The notes: a model not told the origin generated them from the letters alone. A DNA stretch of 64,000 nt from Octopus vulgaris (GCA_951406725.2 OX597816.1:113770001-113834000); one strand, 5' to 3'. Shown: positions 12,374 through 26,426, counted from the first letter of the stretch. Numbers and translations are program-made.

Positions 12374-13192
12374 ATCATCATTTAATGTTCGCTTTCCATG
12401 CTAGTATGGGTTGGACGATTTGACTGAGGACTGACGAACCAAGTGGCTGCACCAGGCTCCAATCTGATCTGGCAGAGTTTCTACAGCTGGATGCCCTTCC
12501 TAATGCCAACCACTCCAAGGGTGTAAGTGGATGCTTTTACGTGCCACCGGCACGAGGGCCAGTCTGGCGGTACTGGCAACGGACATGCTCAAATGGAGTT
12601 TTTTATGTGCCACCTGCACAGGAGTCTGTCCAGTGGGACTGACAACAACTTTGCTCAAATGTTTTGTTCACGTGCCACCAGCACAAGTGCCAGTAAGGCA
12701 ACGCTGGTAATGATCACTTTCAAATGGTGCTTTTTATGTGCCACCGGCATGGAAGCCAGACAGCTGCTCTGGCAGTGATCGTGCTCGGACGGAAATGTTA
12801 GCGCTCCACTGGCACAGATGCCAGTCATCGAATTTGGTTCAATTTCGATTTCACTTGCCCCAACAGGTCTTTGCAAGCAGAGTTTAGTGTCCCATGAAGG
12901 AAGGTTTGCATGGGTGCCAGTCGTTGAATTTGGTTCAATTTCGAATTCAATTTTGATTTCGATTTCACTTGCCTCAACAGGTCTTTGCAAGCAAAGTTTT
13001 GTGTCTAAAGAAGAAAAGGTACACATAAGTGGGCTGGCTACACCCCTGGTAAAGGCCACGGGTTATGGTCTTACTTGTCTTGCCGGCTCTTCTGACGCAC
13101 AGCATATTTCCAAAGGTCTCGGTCACTAGTCATTGCCTCGGTGAGGCCTAATGTTCGAAGGTCATGCTTCACCACCTCATCCCAGGTTTTCC
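12374..13192 (-). mobile_element. RTE LINE 3' end (last codons plus full 3' UTR)
   Basis: Reverse complement encodes [37 protein letters not shown], followed by the repeat-array UTR and an (ATG)n tail. Confidence 0.85.
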
Positions 13193-13221
13193 ATATATGT
13201 ATATATATATGTTCTATAATA

Positions 13222-13678
13222 ATAACTACTGAGTTACTTAACTCTTTGGGTCCTCCTGGAATGCCTTCTCACAAATTGATACTGAAGAAAGGAGTTCCAA
13301 TCATGCTTTTCAGAAATCTGGATCCCCCAAAGCTGTGCAATGGAATGAGACTGATTGTCAGGCAAATGCATCCACATCTTTTGGAAGCATCAATCCTTGC
13401 TGGAGAAAATGTGTTTATTTCAAGAATTCCACTGATTCCAGGAGACATGCATTTGAATTCAAGACTTCAGTTTCCAGTAAGTGTTAGTTTTGCAATGTCA
13501 ATTAACAAGAGTCAATCTCAGTCACTCAAAATTGTTGGACTTCACCTCATGCAGCAATGCTTTTCCCATGGTCAGGTCTAAGTTGGTTGTTCAAGGGTTG
13601 AAAATGGCAACAATATCTTCATACTCACACCAAATGGTAAAAATCAAGAATATCGTTTATCCTGCTGCCTTACAGTGA
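13222..13678 (+). pseudogene. Helitron RepHel PIF1-type helicase C-terminal remnant
   Basis: [39 protein letters not shown]...[22 protein letters not shown]...FSHGQV*VGCSRV...KNIVY: the classic Helitron helicase C-terminus, with a stop and a frameshift. Confidence 0.9.
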
Positions 13679-13774
13679 TCTCCAAATGTCACAGTGATAC
13701 AAAATTTTCCAAATGTGATACACTGTGATATAAATCTGAGATGATAAGAAACCAATAAATGCTTTATTATTATT

Positions 13775-13808
<34 letters not shown>

Positions 13809-14184
13809 CGAGCAAAACGCCCCCTGTCCAATATATGGTGCTGAGTTGTCAAATGTTTAAACCAAATTTTCTCTAAACAACTTGTCCGACCGTCCCATAG
13901 GCCTCTCCTTTGAGAAACACTGATTTAACCTAAATTTGAGACACCAGCAAAAGAAGAAATAAAGATAGACTTTTTATCTATTCTAAAGAAAAATGATTTT
14001 ATCCACACAAATATGCAACCAAAGAGTTTAAAGTACCAGTAATGATAAAGCTGTTGATTGGGAGAACACAAACATGGTTTAAACAGTAAGCTTGGCAGGA
14101 AAGAAACGTGCCTTTAAGCAATACAAAAACAACAAAAAATGGAAGGTGCAGTTATGTACAGGTTGACAGAAGAAAAGTAGTACA

Positions 14185-14363
14185 AAAATGGCTTTATCAA
14201 TCGCATTCTTACCTGGAATCGATATTTGTAATTTTTTCAAGACTTATACATGCCCTGAGACCGTCGGTATCTACATATCAAATTTGAGCGCAATCGGATG
14301 GAGGATGCCCGAGATCTGAGAAGACACACAGACAGACAATCAGAATGGATTTTATATAAGAGA
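14185..14363 (-). mobile_element. 5' part of a non-autonomous Helitron
   Basis: Minus strand begins A|TCTCTTATATAAAATCC...TGTCTGTCTGTGTGTC, the same architecture as the 5' end of 25220-25618; no 3' CTAG end seen. Confidence 0.5.
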
Positions 14364-14462
14364 TATATATTGTGGTTTTGTGTCTATGTTTGTTCCCCAC
14401 CACCGCCACCACCACCACTTGATAACTGGTATTGGTGTATTTATGTTCCCAGGACTTAGCAG

Positions 14463-15852
14463 AAAATGAACTTAAACAGGCTAACTTTGTAGCTATTCTT
14501 GTAGATGAAATGTATGATGTATCAAGCTATTCATAACTGTCAACGGTTTTGTGTTATATTACAAAAGATTGAGTTATTAAAGAATGGTTTACTGGTTTTA
14601 ATGATGTTAGTACAAATCATTCAGCAAATGCTTTATCTGAGCATGTTTTCAAATGCAATGAAATATGTGTGAAAAAAAATTAATTGCACAATGGCAGGAC
14701 ATTTAAACAGGATGCAATCAAAGGTAAGAGAGAAATATGAATATGCAATGTTTCTTCTTTGCTGTGCTCATATTCAAAATTTAGTTCTTTCAAATGTATG
14801 TTCCACTTGAAAAGTATGTAGGATACCTTTTCTACAATAAATGAACTGGATACGTTTTTATGAAATCACCCAAAAGGGCCAATGCATTAGACAATATTGT
14901 TGAAAAAGATTCTTCAAAGCAACACTAATTACATGGAATTACTCCTACTGTCTTATTATTATTACAAAAGACAATTGTAATCTTTCAATCAGTCCTTTTG
15001 AAGACATCATCGCAAATTCTGAAACATGGGATAAGACCACAATAAATTCTACAATTGGATTCTTACATAATTTTAAAAATCTTGATTTCTTATTTTTATT
15101 AGTAGTATTTAATGACACATTTTCTTTCACTGATGTCTTATTCAACATCCTTCAGACAAAAGGTCATGACATTGTAAAGAGCAAATAGATGAAAACTAGA
15201 ACTGTGCTTGAAAATAAACTCAACGATTTTCCAATATTTTATCAAATGTTAGGAGAAAAATATGGAATCGATACAGCAATCCAAATTAAGAGATCCATGA
15301 ATAAAACTATTGATCCCTAACAACATTATAGAATGCTCTATAACAAAAATATTGGCACAACAGTTGACCAATTAAAAAAAGCAATATTCATCCTCAGAAG
15401 AACTTAAATTCATTGAACTTTTCAATTTTAGCAAAGCTGAAGAATATAGTAAAAAAAGTCCAGTGGATACTTTAAATTCTTTAAAAACCACTTTTTGTTT
15501 TATATAATTTGATTACAGAGTGAACTAAATGTTATGTATTCAAGGGAAGATTTTAAAAAGCTAAGTGTAATTTATTGCATTACATTTACATCAATGATTT
15601 TACTGAAGCTATGCCAGAACTTTCCAGTCTTGCAATTCGATTTTGACAATTTCTTCTATGACTGCTTCTCTAGAGTGGCTCTTTTCTGCATTGAAGAGAA
15701 TTAAAGCTTTTTAAAGAAATACAATAGGAGAGAAAAGACATTCTGGGTTGGCTCTTAACTCAGTTGAAAATGATTTAGTGATTAAAACAGATTTTTATGA
15801 GAATGTACTAAATATATTTGCCCTGAAAGATCAAAGAATTGAATTAATTTAG
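14463..15852 (+). pseudogene. Decayed hAT transposase (ZMYM1-like group)
   Basis: ANFVAILVDEMYDVSSYS*LSTVLCYI...FTGFNDV (first catalytic D region); C-terminal LTISSMTASLEWLFSALKRIKAF*RNTIGEKRHSGLALNSVE matches the hAT dimerisation domain; many stops and frameshifts. Confidence 0.8.
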
Positions 15853-15969
15853 AAATGAGATACATAAATAATAGCTTTCTTGTATGCCTTTTTTAAAAAT
15901 CTTTAAATGGCCATGTTACAAAACTAAACTGATTCTGTTAAAAAATTTCAAAATAATTTTCAGCCCAAC

Positions 15970-16139
15970 CTGGAGCTATTTTAGCAGCATTACAGGCTCC
16001 TGGGCAAATCAGTGAACTGGGTCCTATAATATTTAGTTACTGACAGCAAGCCACTGTGTGCATAGATCAGAATTGGGCCCATAGACCTAGTTAACCCCTG
16101 GGCAACTACCAAGTGTACCCATGCCTTAAGATGGCACTG
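15970..16139. mobile_element. Short degenerate hAT-like terminal/MITE sequence
   Basis: Ends CCATGCCTTAAGATGGCACTG; internal CCTGGGCAA repeated; no clear TSD. Confidence 0.4.
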
Positions 16140-16487
16140 GTTCAATCAATAACCATTTATTGCATGACAAAAATCAAAACTTACCACACACAGCATAGGC
16201 TAGATGGTTTGTCAGTAGCTGGCAAGCCAGAAGACTACACCAAACTGCACTGCTTGCTTTGGCATGGCTTTTACAACTGGATGCCCATATCTGTGTATAT
16301 ATATGTATATATATGGAACTGCTAACCCCACAGTTTTTTTCCCTCTCTGCCCTTTCTTTTGAGGAGTGTAGGTTTGAAACAAAAGACTTTCCTTTTTTCC
16401 TAAGTGTCAAACTAATACACTTGCATGTTATTCCCTCACCTGTCTCTCTCTTTTGTTTTTATTATGCACACATACACACACACATGC

Positions 16488-16524
<37 letters not shown>

Positions 16525-16764
16525 GCAATAAGAAAATGGAGGAGAACAATAGGTGGTTCATCAACTTTTAGACATTATATTATGTCAACTTATTTATTTA
16601 TTTATTTACTAAACTGATAATTACAATAATATACATACATATAACATATTATTCTTTACATATACGATATAAGATATAAAATATAGTAATATATAAGGAT
16701 ACCAGTAATTATTATAAAAAAACATAAGGATTAACATACTTAATGTAATGAACCAAAAATAATT

Positions 16765-16965
16765 TCTATCATAAGCACAAGGCCCAAAACTTGGGGAAGG
16801 GAATAGGTGATAATATCAGTTCTGGTTCTTGGCTGGTACTTAATCTTATCAAATCGAGAAAGATGAAAGGCAAAGCTAACTCCAACAGAATTTGAACTTG
16901 TAATGTAAAAACAAATACTGTAAAGAATTTTGATCGATACCCTAATGAGTCTACCAATACTGCAA
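16765..16965 (-). mobile_element. Meta-core-type SINE, degenerate
   Basis: GGTACTTAATCTTATC...GAAAGATGAAAGGCAAAG...ATTTGAACT. Confidence 0.6.
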
Positions 16966-17933
16966 TGATTTTTGAAATTCATAGTAATGCATTAAATATA
17001 GGTTATTCACTATACAATCTCATTAGTAATAACCAATAATCACTTTTCTGCCCAGGAGTTTAGCCTGGTCATTCTTTTATGAGAAGCAGGATTATTGGCA
17101 GTTGTTTGCTTTTTATGTGAGATAAATCTGTTTGAAAGTAGCCTGTAAAAATATTAAAGAGAATTTTATGTAATGTTTTCTGCCACATAAGACAAGAGCT
17201 GCGATTAGCTGTGTCTATTGGCTTTTGTTTCCTGGTTAAAAAGTCAACAGTCTAGGATCAGTGATTTATATTCTTCCATGTATATTGTTCAGCTGCCTGT
17301 TGATAAGAGATGTGTGAAGGTATAATACAAAGTTATGTAAAAAAGGAAAAGAAGACCACTTTATAATTAATGAGTGCTTTGATATTTTCCCAAGCAAGTC
17401 ACAAGCTCTTTCATAAGTTAGGGTGGACATAGAAACCTTTTTCTAGCTGTAGATCATACATGACATTGCTCATAATTGGGAACATATTGCATACATATGT
17501 TACTCCTCTGAATTTTGATTGAGAGGAAGTATGTGTGAATGAGAGAGAAGGGGAGGGAGAGAATGAGAGAGAGGGTGAGAAATAAAATTGTTCAAATTGA
17601 CAGTTCTAAAGCTTATGTTACAAAATTTTAGTAAAATGTAATTATGTTTCCGTAACCATGATTTCACACATGCCATATAAAAAGTTATAAAAGAATGCAT
17701 GCAGCCCAGGTGCTAAGGGCCGCCTATATCTAGCTTAGGGTGCAGATTGGAAGGAAATTTTCTAGTGGCTCTTAACCATATGGTCCCAAGATTTTCATCC
17801 AGCAAAGAAATACACTTCTGATATATTTATATTTTTATTATTAACTATAAATTAGAGCAAGATATGATTTGATTGAGCTTACTTAGCTAACAATATTTGT
17901 CAACTATGATATGATTAATGTCACAGTCTTGTA

Positions 17934-18240
17934 TCATCATCATCATCATCATCATCGTTTAACGTCCACTTTCCATGCTAGCATGGGTTGGACGATTTGA
18001 CTCAGGTCTGGCAAACCAGATGGCTGCACCAGCCTCCAATCTGATCTGGCTGAGTTTCTACATCTGAATGCCCTTCCTAATGCCAACCACTCTGAGAGTG
18101 TAGTGGGTGCTTTTACATGCCACCGGCATGAGGGACAGTCAGGCAGTACTGGCAATGGCCACTCTCAAATGGTGCTTTTTATACACTACCTGCATGGGAG
18201 CCAGTCCAGCAGCACTGGTAACAACCTCGCTCAAATGTTT
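17934..18240 (-). mobile_element. RTE 3'-UTR-only element
   Basis: (CAT)n then CGTTTAACGTCCACTTTCCATGCTAGCATGGG; matches the LINE 3' end. Confidence 0.85.
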
Positions 18241-18549
18241 ATAATAGTTTATTTAAAGTAGTGCACAAAAATTGCATAACTGACATACCAAATATTTGTC
18301 ATTGACAGTCTTTTAGTTGATGTTGTCTTCTAAGCGACTTATGTTCAAACTGTAGTTTAATCAATGTCAAGCATAAATTTCTTTGTTTTGTGATTCTAAG
18401 CATCTTTTGCTTCTTGCATAACAATGCAATAACTTCACAGAATACAGATTCAATGAAATATGTTGGTGAAAATAATAGAACAAATTTTGGTAGTTTTGTT
18501 GATTAAATGCTATTTACATGCAATTTCTTCAGAAACCTATAAAGGAATA

Positions 18550-18757
18550 TTGGTTTCAAATTTTGATTCAAGGCTAGCAATTTTGTGGAACAGGTTAAGT
18601 GAATACCATCGACCCCAGTGTTCAACTGGTACTTATTTTATTGATCCCCAAAAGATAAAAGACTAAGTCAACCTCAGTGGAATTTGAACTCAGAATGTAA
18701 AGATGAATGAAATGCTGCTAAGCTTTTTGCCCAGTAAACTAACAATTCTGCCAGCTG
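18550..18757 (-). mobile_element. Meta-core-type SINE
   Basis: Colinear with 11582-11795. Confidence 0.7.
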
Positions 18758-19788
18758 ATACCTATATAGAAATATTAGGATTCAACATAATAATACTTTG
18801 ACAAATTCCCCATTTTTCAAAGCTCTGATACCTCCCTCTCCATTTGAAACTCTGCTGCTACATCAAAGAGATTACAAAGAAAATGTCATGTATATCATGA
18901 AAGAATGGAAAGATAAGCTAAATCAGTGAACAGTTTTTGAAGGACATCTTCAGACGTGTGATTGCAAATTATTATGACAAGATCTTACTGTGCATTAGAA
19001 CACTGTCATTAACAAAAGAAGTAAGAAAATTACAGCACTGAACCATTGTATGAGGCACAGAAAGTATCTCTGTGAAACCCCAAATTTTCACCTTTACATT
19101 AAGGGATGTCATTTTGCAGCCATTTATTGAGAATATTGTGCTTACCAAAAAATATGACTTAAGTAGCTGACAATGATTTAATGTGAAAAAATAGCTAAAG
19201 CAGTGGATGTAATTTCCTTTAGGCAATTGGTGGATGACACTTATAATAATAACTGGCAATAATTTTCATTGCTCTCCTCATGTTAGTAAAAAAAGGGGGA
19301 TTTGTTCTTTGAATATCCCTTAATGACATTGATATAAGACCCTAAGAGCATGTATCAGTGGCATTGTTACATCCTGTGGCTACATGTATCAATGTCACAT
19401 GTATTATATGTAGCATTGCAGAGGTTCCATTTGTATCATATATGTATGAATATAATAATGATTTCTGACCTTATTTCATTTAATTATACGTAGAACTTCT
19501 TAGCAACCAAACTTTCTATCATGTATAATGTAATGTATATAGATCAATTATGGATTGCCATCTTTCATTAACTTCAAACTGCTCATGTGCTTATCAATCG
19601 CAATGGAAGCCTGATTGCAGATGCAACTACAGAATTGAAATTGGTCTTCATTTCTTTGAAGTATTCCTGGGATAATGGCATAGATGTTTACAACACAGTT
19701 TATTATTACTAGACTTGTACAAATAGTAACTTATCCACCAGTTTATCATAGTCAATGGATCAGACATATGCCTCATCATGTATAGATT

Positions 19789-20781
19789 TGTAGCGAATGC
19801 TTGAGGGAAATTCCTCTCTGTTATATATGCATAAATACAGATGTAGTAGATAACAGCTAGCCTTCGGCCACCCTTTTGGACTTTGTTGTGTCTCCTACTC
19901 TGATTAGTTGGTATTGGCACAACTTGTCTCTTGCTCTATTGCACGCCATTATGCAACCCAACCAATCACAGCCTTCTGATAATGCCACATGAGACAGTCT
20001 CTTCTAAACCTCTGGTGAGCTGACTGCACCCTATAAAACTCTAGCTTTTCATCAAGTCGAGGTCTTTCGGTTCCAGCCCTTTTAAGTCTAGCCACTGACC
20101 ACACAGGACACAGCCAGTTCCAGTGACAACACAACAGCAGCCACATGAAGACTCATCAACTTCGTCCAGCAGCATTCAGGACCTCTATCTCTGTCACCAC
20201 CATTTGTTCTAACATCAACATCATCTCTCTATGTACACAGCAACAAGCAACACATGCACAGGTTCCAACACTGCACTGTTCGTGAATTACTTCACCATGG
20301 ATCAACAACAAATATACAACCTGTGAGAACTTCCTGTACCAAGTGACTGGCAACGGCATTGTAGCCACAACTTTGTATGACATGTACCGCTCCAGCTCTG
20401 CATTACTGCCACAACTTCTTGATACAGCATTTCAACTATCGTGTACCTTGACTACGAACTGGTATTTATTATCCTTGTGACTGAACATTCTTCTAACATC
20501 ATATTATATACTCTTTCGATGTTCTGTACTTATCGCACACGCATACATCCATGTTTGTACACACACACTGTGTTCTCATGATGGCCTGTCTATCATTATG
20601 CATATATGACGCACACACATGTTAACATATAAATAAAATCTTCTCTTAAACATTCTACCTGGTTGTGTCTCTCTTTTCCTTCTGGCACATATACACATTT
20701 ATTCCTTTCATATTTATTGTATCGACCATGTGATGTGCAAAGGAGTCATTCTTGTCACCTCACTTCGCATGGTCATTTACA
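19789..20781 (+). mobile_element. Probable solo LTR
   Basis: TGTA...TACA termini; about 1 kb visibly more GC/CpG-rich than the flanks; TATAAAA at about 20032 and AATAAA at about 20632; flanking 4-mers GATT/GGTT (one mismatch). Confidence 0.55.
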
Positions 20782-21039
20782 GGTTGACCATCATTCACTT
20801 TTAATTCATCAAGCTGGAGAGCAAAATACCTGTTACCAGGTTTCTTAGCTAGTTCATTGACTACCTCCAACATAATATGCTACTTTATCTACGCTGCCAC
20901 AAATGGTATCATTATTCAATGGAAGACTCCTTTTTGATGTATCATCATACTGCAAAACAATTTTTATAAACGAGCAGATAACTGGTTTTAGTAAGGTATC
21001 ATTTATAGAATGTAGCATTCCAACTTTACCTATTATTAA

Positions 21040-21261
21040 CCCTTTTGTTACCAACCCAGCCAAAGCCGGCTCTGGCTCTGTAGTACAAATGTCTTGTTTC
21101 CATAAGTTTTGCATTAAAATATACCACCAAACCTTAGTCGCAATTTATGTGCCTTACACTTGTTTAATGGTAAACTAAGTTATTTTACTAAATTCTTTGT
21201 TACATTTAAAATAATTGAAAGGAACACAGAGCATCTCAAAATAAATATAGTAACGAAAGGG
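21040..21261. mobile_element. piggyBac-type MITE, family 2
   Basis: TTAA|CCCTTTTGTTAC...GTAACGAAAGGG|TTAA. Confidence 0.85.
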
Positions 21262-24200
21262 TTAATAATTATTCATAGCTGGCAATCAGTGTCAAATAGA
21301 CATAGTGGTGAACATACCAGTAATTGTCTTGTAACTATTGTGTTTCTGCTGTATTATTGACAAATCTTGATCTTGCTGGAGGAAGCCATTACAAAATAAG
21401 GGATTTATAATAGAATATAGTATTTAGTAGACAAAATATGATGGTGAAATATTAAGGAACTAGTCTAAAATATAATTTAACAAAACGTGACTAGCTATGT
21501 TTACAAGCATGCTGGTGTATAATTAATTAAAATATTCCTTTCACAGCATACAATCAAAATAGTTTAAATATTGTCATGGTACATTAAACACATTTACATG
21601 AGCACATACAAAACAAACATTATAAACCAGTGGGTTTTTTCTTCTTTTTGTTAGTATACAGTCGTCCATGCTATATGCCTTTTAAACTGTCATCATTATG
21701 ATCAAATGAATCCTGGTGTGAGTATTAACATGATGTGGAGCCATATTGAATGGCTGACAAAACTATAATAATATAACACTTAAAACATAATGCAGCTTGA
21801 GAATCATCTCTATCTGCATATGTGTTGTGTACTGTTACATGTGTAAGAAGACAGTATATAACCCAAATCATGTTTGCTCTATTTGTTCTATTGACTGCTA
21901 ACTATGATCAAATATGATGGTAGGAACTACAGCACTGCAAGACATATAAACAGACACATTAATACATTAATGAAGGGCAACTTCATGGGCAGCTGGTGAA
22001 TCATTCCATACCTGCATTTGTACAGTTGTGTGGGTGAGCAGACACTGTATAGACCTTATCATCTATTTGTTCTATATAACCACTGTCAACTAGCTGCCAT
22101 AGTCAGTTACCTCTGGCCACAACTGGCCACGGGCACCATATTTTAGAAAGATTCTAAAGGTAATGTACAACTTGATGACTTTGGTTTGTAACAACTTTTC
22201 TTTTCATGGTTAATCAATATTTTTGAATGTATATTATTAAAATATTGCTTATCATTTTTAGCTTACATACCCCCACTGGCAACCTTTTCTTATAAATGTC
22301 CTCCTTGGAAATGCAAATTACTCCCCAGTGGAGCACATATCCTCAGATTAAAAATTACTAGAAGCAACTCTGCCTGTCAGGCTTAATATGATATCTGAAA
22401 AAAAAATGTTAGTTGTAATTCTCCAACCAATGGAATGAGGGACCTACTATATTAAGTGTTTTTTCACCAATCAAATATTTGGTAATGAAGTATTGATGCA
22501 TAGATAAAAAAGTGAAAGAGTATAAATAAATAAATAAATGAAAAAAGAGATATCAAGATTAATGAAATCCTAGAATGACTATATCTCATTAAAGCTGTAC
22601 AATTTATAGACAGCTAATAAAATATGTGTAGAAATATAAAATCTCTACAAGATGTTATGTAATAGTTAAAATTATCTTTAGTACTTATATATCTAAAGGC
22701 AATTTTGAAGAGAGCCATTATGTAACAACTAAAGTATTATGTTTTTCCCTGTCATATTATTATTAGTATGCACTAACTTAGCATTTGTTATTTTGTGCTA
22801 AATGTACAACAAATCATTTGCTGTCGAATGTTAAATTTTTGTTTCAGTTTTCTTAATATTGCCTGCAGCTATGAATTATGACATGAATCATTTGTTATGT
22901 TTCAATTTAACACTATGTTTTGATTTCACGGCGTCTTCTTATGGGATTATCTTGAAGCAAAACCTCTATCATACATTATTCAAATTGAGCTATATCTCAT
23001 TAGCTTTTATGCTGATTCTAAGTTTTGAATTTCTATATGATGAGAGCATGAGTATTTATGTATAATATCTTTCAACACATAGACACACGTATATACTCAC
23101 ACATGGATGCACAGATTTTTATAATAGCTATATTTTCCTTTGAAAAACTAACACACATGTTTTTATAAGTTACGAAATAAAATTTGGGAACATATTGCAT
23201 ACGTTGTTTATAAATAAATGTTTTCCTTTAAGAAATTACCAGATTTTACTAAATTAGAAATATCCATTCTCTTTTTAGTTTATATTACCATCAGAAATAC
23301 ATTCATAAAGGATAATTAGTGAAATAATGCATTCTATGAAACAAATGATGCCAGAGGAGGAAATAGACACTGAATAGAAATAGCAATAAATTTACCTGAA
23401 AATATCTTCATATCTTATGAAACGCAGATTGCTTTTTATCTTGCATCCATCTTCAGATAGAAATATATCTTGCTTTAAAAGAAAGTTTACAGTTGCTTGA
23501 AGTAAATTAAGTGTCTGTTTTAAAACCTTATAGTCCTAGCCATTTGTAAACTAAAAGCTTAGGTTTACCATCTCAGTAAATTAGATTTCAGCTTTGAGTA
23601 GATATTAAATTTTTATAATTATCATGAATCAGAATTTTCTAATTCATAAAGGCAACCAAATAAATAAAGAAGAATTTAGTTGATGAGACTGAATTAGAAT
23701 ATTACACACTATATTTTACAACAAATGCTTCCTCAGTTAATAATTTGTTTCAACTGATTCTATTTAAATCACACTTATAAATTTGTAATTTATCTGGAAA
23801 GACATTAAGAAACACAGAGCCACAGTTTATAGAATGTAGTTTACACAATTTACAGTATCTAGTCTATGCAACACATACACACATATTACATACAAAGGCT
23901 TAAATTAACACATAGTTGACTTCAGCAAATTTTTATCTGTTAAAATCATTCAGTCCACAATATCTAGTATGTAGACATCTCACTCTTTTGATCTGCTAGT
24001 TCCTACCAATGCATTCAGTTGGTGAAAATTGGGCAACATTCTTAACAGTGGTGACCTACCATTAAAAAAAAACATGCATTAGGCTTAGGTAGATGAGACT
24101 GCTGTATTAGTTAATACCCTATTCTGCATTCCTTCCTCACTAGTTTGAAACTGGTGAAGAATATATCTTCATCAGCATTGTCAATAGCCTTCTGCTCCTC

Positions 24201-25219
24201 TTACCCCTCTTTTTAACATCTACTTTTCCATGCTTGAATAATTTAGATAAGAGTACATTGGAACAGAGTTTTCTACAGCCAGATGCCCTTTCTGTTGTCA
24301 ATGCCTACTTATTTCAAGGTAGGGTAATAATCTCTGTGTCTGTTGAAAAACAAATAGGTTAGACATGTTTGTAGAGAATTAGAAACAAATCACTATATGA
24401 ATAAGATCTTTGTTTACAAAGACCACAAGACATGTCAAGAAGTCTGGATGTACTTTTGTGGTGGACCACAAGCAAATGATACTGTTACCAATGCCATTAT
24501 CTAAACTCACAGAATGAAACATAGATGAGGAAATATAAAACAGACTAATAGGAAGACATGGACTGAGATCCCTGTTGACAGGACCTGATATTAAATTAAA
24601 GTGTATGCAAATTAGTAGCGCCATTTCTCTAGCTACTGGATCTGTTGGGTATAAAAACAAATTGGCTGCTTGCTTCTCAGAGATTTGACAAATTGATGAA
24701 GGCACCAATAAAGTTTAAAAAGTCAATTAAGGTTGTTTATTGCTTTTTCCAATCACGGGAAAATCTACCCTGTTTATTTATATATCTACTTACACATATC
24801 TATTAACAGCTGTGTGAATTGGTTCCATACTTGGGGTGCATGAATAATTTGACCTTGGATACATAATTGGGTTTTCATTTATTATTTTTTTTATTAAAAC
24901 TAAATAAAATAAATAATATTGCTTTATATATATGATTAATTTCTTTAAAAAGGATTTTCAATGCCAATTCCTGGTATTGACATAGCAACAGGTTTTTCAA
25001 TGTTTACTTCTGGTATTGATGTAGCAACTACCATTACCTAGATATGCACATGTATGTTTAACTACTTCTATTTTATTTTAGAACCTTTGTTCTTGAGTAT
25101 TAAAAGTATTATTTTCTGAGAAATACACTAATCTTATACTTCAAGCAAACAGTACTGTATTAAGGCTATGAGTTTATATCCTGAGTGAAACCAAGTCCTT
25201 CTACTTGTTATATATATAA

Positions 25220-25618
25220 CTAGCAGTATCGCCTGGCGTTGCTCGGGTTTGTAAGGGAAATAACTATATAAGCATTTTTAGAGAGTTATAGCCAAAAAAT
25301 AGCAAAAAAATGCATTAAAAATGGAAAAAAAAATGATGGTAAATTTTTTTTAAAATCATTGACTCATCGTAGACATTTTTAGAGAGTTACTTCCCTTTTT
25401 TTAATAGCGAAAAAATGCATTAAAATGGAAAAAAATGATGGTAAATTTTTTTTAAATCGTAGACTCATCGTAGACGCGTGCTAATACCCAGAAGGGCTCG
25501 ATATGAATCACGACTATAAGATACCCAGTTTTGGTTAAACTGCACCACAAAATGTGTGAGTAGTTAGGAATCTAAATCGTAGGAGACAGACACACAACTT
25601 GACTTTTATATATAAAGA
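25220..25618 (-). mobile_element. Complete non-autonomous Helitron (399 bp)
   Basis: Minus strand A|TCTTTATATATAAAA...CCCGAGCAACGCCAGG (subterminal hairpin) CGATACTG CTAG|T: 5' TC, 3' CTAG, AT insertion site without TSD; internal ~100-bp duplication. Confidence 0.9.
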
Positions 25619-25697
25619 TTATATAGATGTTAAATAAAATGAGACAACAAAACCAAGGCTATGTGGAATTTATAGGACGTTTAGAAAGAGAAAGGTA

Positions 25698-25745
25698 GTC
25701 TTATAGTTGTTTCTGGGATATTAGGGATATCCCTTCATCAGAGAC
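25698..25745 (-). ncRNA. Minimal type I hammerhead ribozyme motif (degenerate stem III)
   Basis: Minus strand GTCT-CTGATGA-A-GGGATAT/ATATCCC-A-GAAAC-AACT-ATA-AGAC: stem I GTCT/AGAC, 7-bp stem II, core boxes intact. Confidence 0.65.
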
Positions 25746-26124
25746 GGTATGAGAGAGTTAGCTAGAGGGAAATAGTAGAGTTCAATATAAGGAGTTATAT
25801 TGTAGAGTTCAATATATATATATATATATATATATATTAGCCGGTATTAGCTGATGTTTTCAAAGTGATGAATAGCTTCTTGCCAAAACAATGGTTCGCT
25901 TTGTTCTCTTACTTTATAATCATCTTATAATCATCTCATAATAATGACTTTTATGACTCTTATTACTACTTCAGTCCATCTAAATGTATATATTTGCCAT
26001 TACCTGTCATAAATAGCCTTTTTTTATTTGCAATGTGCATTTTCGTTGATTTTTCCACATGTATTTTATATTTTCTTTTTGTAACATATTTCTACTATAT
26101 ATATATATATATTTTTTTTTATTT

Positions 26125-26426
26125 TATGCGTCCTTTTCAAGCCTAGCCAGGCTCATTTGCCCGGTTTCCCAGTTTCTATGGCGTATGTGTTCCCCCCAGC
26201 TGGACGGGATGCCAGTCCATTGCAGCATTACTCAAGAAACAGGAAGAAAGACTGAGAGAAAGTTGGGGTGAAAGAGTACAACATGGGTTGCCACCACCCC
26301 CTGCCAGAGCCTCATGGAGTTTTAGGTGTTTTTGCTCAATAAACACACACAACACTCAGTCTGGGAATCGAAAATGCAATCCTCCGACCGTGAGTCTGCT
26401 GCCCTAACCACTGGGCCATTGTGCCT

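Noticed and set aside
13141-13581. 146-aa ORF as an intact PIF1 helicase gene
   Set aside because: Chimeric: the N-terminus is antisense RTE plus (TA)n, and the rest is a truncated Helitron fragment with a stop and a frameshift.
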